NCBI GenBank assembly: GCA_963755125.1
Contig: CAVWIP010000017.1
Span: forward strand, 128,001-192,000
Reading direction: 5' to 3'
Length of the DNA stretch: 64,000 nucleotides
Origin: an uncultured delta proteobacterium
Lineage (GTDB): Bacteria; Myxococcota_A; Polyangia; Fen-1088
A model generated the notes under the pieces. The model had not been told where the DNA came from and ran no database searches. It saw only the letters and a list, made by a program, of their open reading frames with translations. Positions 1 through 7,283 of this stretch are shown here, piece after piece (within the stretch, counting starts at the first letter, position 1; every line of letters starts with the position of its first letter). The translations under genes were made by a program, and so were the position numbers.

Positions 1-553
1 GCTGATCGTTGACGCTGAGACCAAGGGATGTCTGAGGGGTGTTGTAGGCGTCGGAGTAGAAGGTGTTGTGGAAGATCACGCGGTCGAAGATCGACCAGCG
101 CCCAATGCGGTATTCTGCCGTCGGAATGATCTCGAGGTTGTGCTCGAAGGTGTAGGTCGACTGGCAGTTCGATGCCGTAGCTGACAGTTGGAGGTTACAG
201 GCGAGGGTCGTATAGTCCGGCCCCTGCAATGCTTGGCGGCCGCGCGTGGGGTATCCCTGGTAGTAGTACCAGAGCGATCCCTTGAAGGTGAAGTTGTTCC
301 ATTTGTAGGTGAAATTCGGGCCGATGTAGAACTCGATGAACTGGAGGCCCGCCGCGTCCTCACGCGAGCGCGCGTATTCCAGGCGCGCGCCGGGCATGAC
401 GGTGAAGCTCCACTGGGGCGTGAATGCCAGGGTGAGATTCTGGTCGTACCAGATCCGGCCCTCCTGCTTGGTGGGAGGGTCTGCCGCCCGGGCGACCCCG
501 ACAAGTGCAACCAATGAACATAGGCTGATGGCAATGACTGACAACCGTTTCAT
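1..553 (-). CDS. Secreted, probable outer-membrane beta-barrel protein (DUF2490-like), truncated by the window edge
   Basis: Not in the ORF track because it has no stop in the window. Manual translation from ATG 553 gives MKRLSVIAISLCSLVALVGVARAADPPTKQEGRIWYDQNLTLAFTPQWSFTV..., with a signal peptide, aromatic alternating beta-strand pattern and a GGGAGAG RBS. Confidence 0.65.
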   Translation of the reverse strand, partial: MKRLSVIAISLCSLVALVGVARAADPPTKQEGRIWYDQNLTLAFTPQWSFTVMPGARLEYARSREDAAGLQFIEFYIGPNFTYKWNNFTFKGSLWYYYQGYPTRGRQALQGPDYTTLACNLQLSATASNCQSTYTFEHNLEIIPTAEYRIGRWSIFDRVIFHNTFYSDAYNTPQTSLGLSVNDQ

Positions 554-709
554 GTGCTCTCCCTTGTAGAATGCCGCAAAACTTGCGCGTCGTTGTTAAC
601 ACGAGTCAAAAGAAAGCGGAAGGATTCCAGGGAAAGGCGTGGGTGTTTTTCTGGCGCAGCGCGAGAAGGATTATTTGCCGGCCATGATTAGCGCTCCTAG
701 CATCCGAGC

Positions 710-1090
710 ATGCTGCTTGAACGTCGACGTGCCGACCGAGATCGCCGCCACGACGGCCGCGTCTCGGCCGTGTTCGCAGTTCGCAACCTGATCGGCTCAA
801 GCCTCCAGCTTGGCCAGGCCGAGGACATCGCGCCCACCGGGATCACCCTGCGGCGTCCGCGCGACGTGCCTGTGTTGCCGCAGACGCCTCTTACTCTCCT
901 CTTCGATCTGCCTGGTGCCGGGGCGCGCATCCGCGTCGGCGGTCTGGTGGTCACGGATCGGCGGTCCGGGCCCTTCCGCCGCACCGGCGTGCAATTCACC
1001 GACATTTCATCGGAGAGCGCTGCTCTGCTCGCCGAATTCTGTGCCCGCAGGGTCGCAAGCCCGAGGGGGATGACTATGAATCCTCGATGA
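710..1090 (+). CDS. PilZ-domain protein
   Basis: N-terminal ERRRADR...R motif, DIAPTG (D/NxSxxG-like) motif and C-terminal GVQF strand. Confidence 0.7.
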   Translation: MLLERRRADRDRRHDGRVSAVFAVRNLIGSSLQLGQAEDIAPTGITLRRPRDVPVLPQTPLTLLFDLPGAGARIRVGGLVVTDRRSGPFRRTGVQFTDISSESAALLAEFCARRVASPRGMTMNPR

Positions 1091-2591
1091 GAATCTCGCG
1101 TCGCCGCCCGCCTGACCGATGACCAGGCTGAGCGATCAGCCGGGCCACACCCCAGGCTGCAACGAAGTCGCCCTCACACCCGAGCCCAGGTAAATTCTCC
1201 GCGTTTGCCAGGAAGATGTTGCTGATCCCCGTGGCGACGGGCGCGCCCCCGATGCCCAGCATGCGAGGCAGATCACAACTGAGCGCGGGCGCCATCGGTG
1301 CGGGTGGCACCGGGTCGAGCGTGGCGGGCTTCTCCCCCGGCGCCTGCGGGCCCAGCTCGGGCGGCAGCCCATCGTGCGGCGAGGCCAGCACCCAGAGGTG
1401 CTGATCGCTGAAGGGTAGCAATCGCGCGATCTCCTCGCGCACGCGAGCACGGACCACCGCGAGGTAGCCCAGGCTCGCCGCAGCGCTGGCCGGGACCAGG
1501 CACTCGACCCAGACCGGGATGCGGTTGGGCTGGCGGGGCGGGGGAGATCCCACAGTGATGTGAAGGGCGTTGTCCTCCAGGATCGGCTTGGCCGGATCGC
1601 GCACGGAGAGAACCCGCGGGCCCATGCCCTCGGGCAGTGCCTCGGGACGAAGGAGCAGGCACAAGGTGTATCGGAAACAGGCAGGGCGGATGGCCGCTGC
1701 GGTCTCGCGCAAACGGCGCGGGGCTGTGTCCCCGCACAGGGCAAGCAGCGACGCCGCCGGGCCTGCCCAGATGAGCCGGCCGAGCCCGATGGTTTCCCCA
1801 CGCGGCCGCGCACGCAGGCCCGTGACATTGCCCCGCTTCCAGACCAGCTCGTGCGGCACCAGCCGCTCGCGCACCTCGCCTGAGAAACTCTCGATCTTGT
1901 CGGTGAACAGAGCGCGCAGCTCTCCGCCGCCGCCCAGCCGGAAGACCCCGCGTCGGGCTCCGTCGAAGGCGCGGGCTTGGGTCATGGAGGTGACGTCTCC
2001 CGGCGAGAAGCCGCTGGTCAGGGCGGCCAGCGCGGCCATTCCCGCGCGCATGGGGTGATACGGCGGCAGCGCGGCCAGCCAGTCGGCATCGAGAGGAGGA
2101 AGCTGGCTCTGTATGCGGCCGACGTCGCGCCTTTCCCAGAAGCCATCGGGGGGCAGGGTGACATCGGAGCCGAGCAAAGGATCCAGCACCGCGCTGTTGT
2201 TGCGCAAGCGGGCCAGGGTCTCCTCCACCACGGCGCAGTCAGAGGGGAATTCGCGGCGCAACTCGGTGGAGAGGGCATCGGAGTCGCTGCCCAAGGAGAT
2301 GCGGTGCTGCGGGAAGATGATCTGCAGCCCGGGCTGCAAGGCCGGCGCGCGCCGGCGAATCACCTGCGCGTGGCCAAGCTCGCGCATCACCCGCGCCACC
2401 GGTTCGGCATCAGGCGGTGGCAGAAGGCCGGGCTCGCGTGCCAGGGTGTAGGGCCCAGCCTGGAAGGTGGCTGGCTGGCGGTCGTGTCCGCACAGAAGCA
2501 CGCGCTGCCCGCGGCGGCTGAGCAGGGCCGCCGCGATCAGCCCGGCCAGGTCCGGGCCGCACACCACGACCTCGAAGTAGTTGGTGTCCAC
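1074..2591 (-). CDS. FAD-dependent oxidoreductase (phytoene desaturase-like)
   Basis: 505-aa ORF with an N-terminal Rossmann-like segment (EVVVCGPDLAGLIAAALLSRRGQRVLL) and C-terminal NLPGLGCEG. Confidence 0.7.
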   Translation of the reverse strand: MDTNYFEVVVCGPDLAGLIAAALLSRRGQRVLLCGHDRQPATFQAGPYTLAREPGLLPPPDAEPVARVMRELGHAQVIRRRAPALQPGLQIIFPQHRISLGSDSDALSTELRREFPSDCAVVEETLARLRNNSAVLDPLLGSDVTLPPDGFWERRDVGRIQSQLPPLDADWLAALPPYHPMRAGMAALAALTSGFSPGDVTSMTQARAFDGARRGVFRLGGGGELRALFTDKIESFSGEVRERLVPHELVWKRGNVTGLRARPRGETIGLGRLIWAGPAASLLALCGDTAPRRLRETAAAIRPACFRYTLCLLLRPEALPEGMGPRVLSVRDPAKPILEDNALHITVGSPPPRQPNRIPVWVECLVPASAAASLGYLAVVRARVREEIARLLPFSDQHLWVLASPHDGLPPELGPQAPGEKPATLDPVPPAPMAPALSCDLPRMLGIGGAPVATGISNIFLANAENLPGLGCEGDFVAAWGVARLIAQPGHRSGGRRREILIEDS

Positions 2592-2602
2592 GACCGGGCA
2601 AC

Positions 2603-2629
2603 AGTCTACGGCTCACGGCTCGCAGTCAA
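2603..2629 (-). promoter_or_regulatory. Putative sigma70-type promoter for the oxidoreductase
   Basis: Minus-strand TTGACT-N15-TAGACT just upstream of the start at 2591. The spacer is short. Confidence 0.35.
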
Positions 2630-2642
2630 CAGGAACTAGGAA

Positions 2643-3125
2643 GGATTCGGAGCAGGGGACGGTGGTGGGGACGGAGACGGAGACGGGGTCCGTGACCAGG
2701 CCCCGCCAGGATGAGGCTCAGCGTTTCGGGTGGGTCAGCCGCCACAGAATGGCGACGATGCGGTCGAGCAGCGCGTAGGCCGGGGCGGCCTGGGCCTGGG
2801 CGACGTAGCCCCAGGTCGTGGCCAGGGTCAAGGCGGTGCGCACCTCGGCGGCGCTGCCCGCGGCCACCCGGTACAGGTGAAATCGATCGCGGCCAGTGCG
2901 CTGGGAGCCTTCGGCGAGGCACATGGCCACCGAGCTGGCGGCACGGCGAATCTGGCGGCACAGATCAGGATCGCGACGGTTGATCGGATCGAGGAGCGGG
3001 CGCAGGGCCGAGGCAGCTTGCAGAGCGAGGTCGTAGGCGTCGAATCGGGACATGACGGTCTCTCCTTCCGGGCGGCCCTTCATGGGCCGTCCGGCCAGGC
3101 GACGGCCGGCGAGGCGGGTTGGGCA
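2643..3125 (-). repeat. Inverted repeat arm A (pairs with 3630-4097)
   Basis: Reverse complement matches 3630-4097 across the leader, the four-helix-bundle CDS and a 3' CCGTCT/CCGTCC-type simple-repeat tail. Confidence 0.92.
2718..3053 (-). CDS. Four-helix-bundle protein (23S rRNA IVS-protein/TIGR02436-like), copy 1
   Basis: 111 aa: MSRFDAYDLAL...DLCRQIRRAASSVAMCLAEGSQR...HLYRVAAGSAAEVRTAL. It carries the family's QIRRAAxS...AEG and AxGSxxE motifs and has an AGGAG RBS. Confidence 0.85.
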   Translation of the reverse strand: MSRFDAYDLALQAASALRPLLDPINRRDPDLCRQIRRAASSVAMCLAEGSQRTGRDRFHLYRVAAGSAAEVRTALTLATTWGYVAQAQAAPAYALLDRIVAILWRLTHPKR

Positions 3126-3287
3126 AGGAAAAGATCGTCAGCCGTCGTCACCACGGCCAAGGCACGATGGACGCTGATTCCCAGAGCCGTGAACTGAGAC
3201 TGGCCACGTCGACCCTTCGGGTCATCTCGGCGGGCGATCTTGGCGCGCCGCCAGCCGCAATTCCGCCGTTGGCCCGCAAGGTACGAG

Positions 3288-3395
3288 TTGCAAGGCCTGC
3301 AACCGGGACCTTGACCGGCCAGGGAAGGTCTTGCGGCTTTTGCAACCGGTACATCCACCGGTGATTGAAGCTCTTGCAGCCGTTGAACCGCTACC
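3288..3395. repeat. Degenerate tandem repeat with 43-bp period; each unit starts with a TTGC-N7-GCAA palindrome
   Basis: Units start at 3288, 3331 and 3374. Units 1 and 2 share 28/43 positions by manual count; unit 3 is partial and degenerate. Confidence 0.6.
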
Positions 3396-3397
3396 TT

Positions 3398-3550
3398 GGC
3401 CGAGGCAGCTTGCAGAGCGAGGTCGTAGGCATCGAATCGGGACATGGCGGTCTCTCCCTCCGGGCGGCCCTTCATGGGCCGTGCCGCCAGGCGGCGGCCG
3501 GGAGTTGGGCAAAGGTAAGATCGTCAGCTGTCGTCACCAACGATGGACGC
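3398..3550 (-). pseudogene. Truncated third copy of the four-helix-bundle gene (about 16 codons) plus leader
   Basis: Direct repeat of about 3006-3173. It encodes MSRFDAYDLALQAASA and then diverges. Confidence 0.8.
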
Positions 3551-3629
3551 GGGCTCCTCCACGCTGCCTGGGTCGGCGTCCTACGACCACCCGTCTTCCC
3601 CAACGCGACCCCCAGTCGAACTTGCGGCG

Positions 3630-4097
3630 TGCCCAACTCGCCTCGCCGGCCGACCCACGGCCAGACGGCCCATGAAGGGCCACCCGGAAGGAGAGACCGC
3701 CATGTCCCGATTCGATGCCTACGACCTCGCTCTGCAAGCTGCCTCGGCCCTGCGCCCGCTCCTCGATCCGATCAACCGTCGCGATCCTGATCTGTGCCGC
3801 CAGATTCGCCGTGCCGCCAGCTCGGTGGCCATGTGCCTCGCCGAAGGCTCCCAGCGCACTGGCCGCGATCGATTTCACCTGTACCGGGTGGCCGCGGGCA
3901 GTGCCGCCGAGGTGCGCACCGCCTTGGCCCTGGCCACGACCTGGGGCTACGTCGCCCAGGCCCAGGCCGCCCCGGCCTACGCGCTGCTCGACCGCATCGT
4001 CGCCATTCTGTGGCGGCTGACCCACCCGAAACGCTGAGCCTCATCCTGACGGGGCCCTGTCACGGACCCCGTCTCCGTCCCCGCCCCCTCCGAATCC
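3630..4097 (+). repeat. Inverted repeat arm B (pairs with 2643-3125)
   Basis: See arm A. Confidence 0.92.
3702..4037 (+). CDS. Four-helix-bundle protein, copy 2 (inverted)
   Basis: 336 nt with only 3 nucleotide differences from copy 1 (one Thr/Ala change). Confidence 0.85.
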   Translation: MSRFDAYDLALQAASALRPLLDPINRRDPDLCRQIRRAASSVAMCLAEGSQRTGRDRFHLYRVAAGSAAEVRTALALATTWGYVAQAQAAPAYALLDRIVAILWRLTHPKR

Positions 4098-4151
4098 CAC
4101 GGACGTCGCTCATGGTTGACAGATCATCGTCGGCGGTCGAAATTGGGGATC

Positions 4152-5033
4152 GTGTCCGAAAAACTCCCCATCGTCTGGTATCGACGAAGCAAGAAACAGA
4201 ACGAGCCCGCCACTGAGAAGCGCAGCATTCCGGCGGGCGTGTTCACCAAGTGTCCCGCGTGTCGCGAGGCGCTTCTCACCGGGGACGTGCACAAGAACCT
4301 GGATGTGTGCACGAACTGCGGGCACCACTTTGCCATGGCCACGCGCGATCGCGTCGCCTCCATCATGGACAAGGGCAGCCTCATCGAGCACGACGCGCAC
4401 GTCGAGAGCGTCGACCCGCTGGGCTTTCGCGATTCGAAGAAGTACAGCGATCGCGTGAAATCCACGCGCAAGGCCTCGGGCGAGGTGGAGGCCCTGATCG
4501 CGGTCGCCGGCCGCATCGCCAACATCGCAGTCGAGGCGGGCTTCTTCGTGTTCGAGTTCATGGGCGGTTCCATGGGGTCGGTAGTGGGCGAGAAGATCAC
4601 CCGCGTGTTCGAGCGTGCTCTGGAACGCCGCGTGCCGGCCCTCATCTTCTCTGCCTCGGGCGGAGCGCGCATGCAGGAGGGGATCCTTTCGCTCATGCAG
4701 ATGGCCAAAACCAGCGCCGCCATCGCGCGCTTGCGGGACGCGCATGTGCCGATGCTGTCCATCTTGTTGCACCCCACCACCGGGGGCGTGGCGGCCAGCT
4801 TTTCCATGCTGGGCGATCTACACATCGCAGAGCCCAAGGCGCTCATCGGCTTTGCCGGCCCGCGCGTGATCCAGAACACCATCCGCCAGAACCTGCCACC
4901 GGGGTTCCAGCGCTCCGAGTTCCTGCTCAGTCACGGATTCGTGGACATCATCGTGCCCCGCAAGGAGCTGAAGGCGACCATTGCGTTGGCCTTGCGTTGG
5001 ATGGGAACGCCGGCGGTGACAACCCGCAACTGA
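4152..5033 (+). CDS. accD: Acetyl-CoA carboxylase carboxyltransferase beta subunit
   Basis: C4 zinc finger (KCPAC...CTNC), FMGGSMGSVVGEK, SGGARMQEG and PTTGGVAAS motifs. Start uncertain (4116 or 4152). Confidence 0.95.
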   Translation: MSEKLPIVWYRRSKKQNEPATEKRSIPAGVFTKCPACREALLTGDVHKNLDVCTNCGHHFAMATRDRVASIMDKGSLIEHDAHVESVDPLGFRDSKKYSDRVKSTRKASGEVEALIAVAGRIANIAVEAGFFVFEFMGGSMGSVVGEKITRVFERALERRVPALIFSASGGARMQEGILSLMQMAKTSAAIARLRDAHVPMLSILLHPTTGGVAASFSMLGDLHIAEPKALIGFAGPRVIQNTIRQNLPPGFQRSEFLLSHGFVDIIVPRKELKATIALALRWMGTPAVTTRN

Positions 5034-5060
5034 CGAAACGAATCGGTCGCCAGCCTTCCC

Positions 5061-6305
5061 ATGAACACGGCGTACAGGAAGTTGCTGGCTCGCTTGCAAT
5101 CGGTGCGCATGCTCGGCGTTTCGTTCGGTCTGGACCGCGTGCGGCTGGCACTGGAGCGCTTGGGCTGTCCGGAACGCCGTTTTCGAGCAGTCCAGATCGC
5201 GGGCACCAACGGCAAAGGCTCGACCGCGGCCTTTCTCGAATCGATCTTGCGTGCGGCGGGCCTGCACACCGGGCTCTTCACCTCGCCGCACCTGTGCCGC
5301 TTTTCCGAGCGTATCCGCATCGACGGACGCGAGGCCGAGGGCGAGCACCTGGGCCAACTCGATGAGGCGGTGGCGGCGACCGGCGTGCCGCTGACCTATT
5401 TCGAGATCTCGGCGGTGCTGGCGTTCCTGGCCTTTGCCGAGGCCGAGGTTGATCTGGCCGTGCTGGAGACAGGGCTGGGCGGTCGATTGGACGCGACCAC
5501 GGCATCGCACCCGCTGGCTTGCGCCATTACCAGCATCGCGCTCGACCACCAGGATCTGCTGGGCAAGACCATCCACGAGATTGCCCACGAGAAGGCGTGC
5601 ATTGCGCGGCCCGGGGTGCCGCTCTTCCTGGGGCCGCTTTCGCGCGAGGCACTGGCCGAGGTGGAGCGAGTGGCGCATGCGGCAGGATCGCCGTTGCGAC
5701 GATTGGGCGTCGATTTCGCTGCGCCCGACTTCCCGCTGGCCTTGGCCGGGGCCCACCAGGCTTCGAACGCAGCCCTGGCCGTGGCCCTGGCCCACGAGGT
5801 TGGGTCTAGCATGGGCCGGGTATTGCAACCCGAGGTGGTCAAGCGGGGTTTGGCCGAGACGCGCTGGCCAGGGCGTCTAGAGCGCGTGGCCCCTGACGTC
5901 TTGCTCGACTGCGCCCACAACGCCGAGGGCGCAGAGGCGCTGGCCGCCGCGCTGCCGGCCGCGTCCCGCCGCGCGCTGGTGGTGTCCATCGTGCAGGGCA
6001 AGGATGTAGCGACCATGCTGGCCGCACTCTGTCCGCACTTCGATTTCGTCGTGGCCACGCGTTCGCCCAGCGAGCGCTCGCTTTCGCCCGAGGAGCTAGC
6101 GACGCTGGTTGCGCACGATCGCGGCCGACAGGTCGAGGTGGTGGCTGACCCCGGCCTTGCGGTCGCTCGCGCACGCGCACTGGTGGCTGGAGTACCCAAC
6201 GGCCTGGTCGTGGTGGCGGGCTCGATCTTCCTGGTCGGCGCCGTGCGAGCCCGATTGCTCAATGAGCCGGTTGACGTGATTACCGGGTCGGACCCGATGC
6301 CGTGA
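5061..6305 (+). CDS. folC: Folylpolyglutamate/dihydrofolate synthase
   Basis: IAGTNGKGS P-loop, LFTSPHL, LETGLGGRLDAT, WPGRLE and LDCAHN motifs; follows accD. Confidence 0.95.
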   Translation: MNTAYRKLLARLQSVRMLGVSFGLDRVRLALERLGCPERRFRAVQIAGTNGKGSTAAFLESILRAAGLHTGLFTSPHLCRFSERIRIDGREAEGEHLGQLDEAVAATGVPLTYFEISAVLAFLAFAEAEVDLAVLETGLGGRLDATTASHPLACAITSIALDHQDLLGKTIHEIAHEKACIARPGVPLFLGPLSREALAEVERVAHAAGSPLRRLGVDFAAPDFPLALAGAHQASNAALAVALAHEVGSSMGRVLQPEVVKRGLAETRWPGRLERVAPDVLLDCAHNAEGAEALAAALPAASRRALVVSIVQGKDVATMLAALCPHFDFVVATRSPSERSLSPEELATLVAHDRGRQVEVVADPGLAVARARALVAGVPNGLVVVAGSIFLVGAVRARLLNEPVDVITGSDPMP

Positions 6306-6444
6306 AGGCGACGAAGCCAGCGATCGGGTGAGATGCACGTTCGAAACCAGTCCGCGCTATTCACCGCAGCCCAGCATTTTTTTGGCGGTTTTGACGCGCT
6401 CTGTATTTGCCAGATCGCCGCACCCACGCTTATGATGACAGGGG

Positions 6445-7242
6445 ATGGATCTCAACCCGCGCGCGAATCTGGGTCTTGTGCGTCCGGTGCTGCTTGCCTG
6501 TGCAGGTATCGTGGTGGCTGGGCCCGCCCTGGCGGATCAACCCCAGCCCGCGGACCAGAGTGCCAGCGAGCCCTCGGGTCCGCCGACCGGCAAGTACGGC
6601 GGGGTCACCATGGGGAGCAACGCGAGCAACCCGCTGCCCCAGTCCCCCTCAAGCCCGCCCCATCTCATCTGGACGGGTTTTCAGCCCAGCGCCACGGGGG
6701 CGCGTGTATTTTTTCAGACCAGCGGGCCGGTGGAGTTCGAGGTGAAAGAAGGCCGTGTGTCCAAGGCCGGCCATTCTACGCTGACGGTGCTGCTTCATGG
6801 GTGCCGCATTCACATGGCGAACAACCAGCGCAGGCTCGACACGCGCGCTTTTCCCACGCCAGTGCAAAGCGTCTCGGCCAAGCAGCACGGAAAGGACGTC
6901 GCGCTCCTCATCGCGCTGCGCGAACCTGCCAGGTCCACGCCTGGAACCGAGGCGGGGCCCAACGGCACACGGTTTCTGGTATTCGAGTTTCCGCCTGGCA
7001 GGCCGGCTCCTATCGAGGAGAATAAGGCGCCAGCCGAACCGGTTTCGGTTCCCAGCGGGGCGACATCTGGCGAAGGCTGGTCGCTTTCCGGCGAAGGTGA
7101 ATCCGTAAAGGCCGAAGTGAAAGGCAAGGCGAAGTCGAAGCGCAAGGGTCAGTCGGCCGCTGCGCCTGACCAGGTAGAGCCCGGGGCCACCCCGGCGCTG
7201 GAACCCGCGCCCATCGCGACACCCCCAGCCGGGGCTAAATAG
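6445..7242 (+). CDS. Secreted protein with an AMIN-like domain
   Basis: Signal peptide, short beta-rich domain (ARVFFQTSGPVEFEV...LDTRAFPTPVQSV) and low-complexity tail. Confidence 0.55.
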   Translation: MDLNPRANLGLVRPVLLACAGIVVAGPALADQPQPADQSASEPSGPPTGKYGGVTMGSNASNPLPQSPSSPPHLIWTGFQPSATGARVFFQTSGPVEFEVKEGRVSKAGHSTLTVLLHGCRIHMANNQRRLDTRAFPTPVQSVSAKQHGKDVALLIALREPARSTPGTEAGPNGTRFLVFEFPPGRPAPIEENKAPAEPVSVPSGATSGEGWSLSGEGESVKAEVKGKAKSKRKGQSAAAPDQVEPGATPALEPAPIATPPAGAK

Positions 7243-7283
7243 TTGATTCGCCTCGTCCGAACCTATGAAGGAGAGGGCGGAAC

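Noticed and set aside
3288..3400. Mini CRISPR array
   Set aside because: The repeats are degenerate, the intervening segments resemble each other, the period is short, and no cas genes are present.
2643..4097. Diversity-generating retroelement (Avd-like genes plus repeats)
   Set aside because: No reverse transcriptase in the window. Two of the three CDS differences are C/T, not adenine-specific, and there is no TR/VR target gene.
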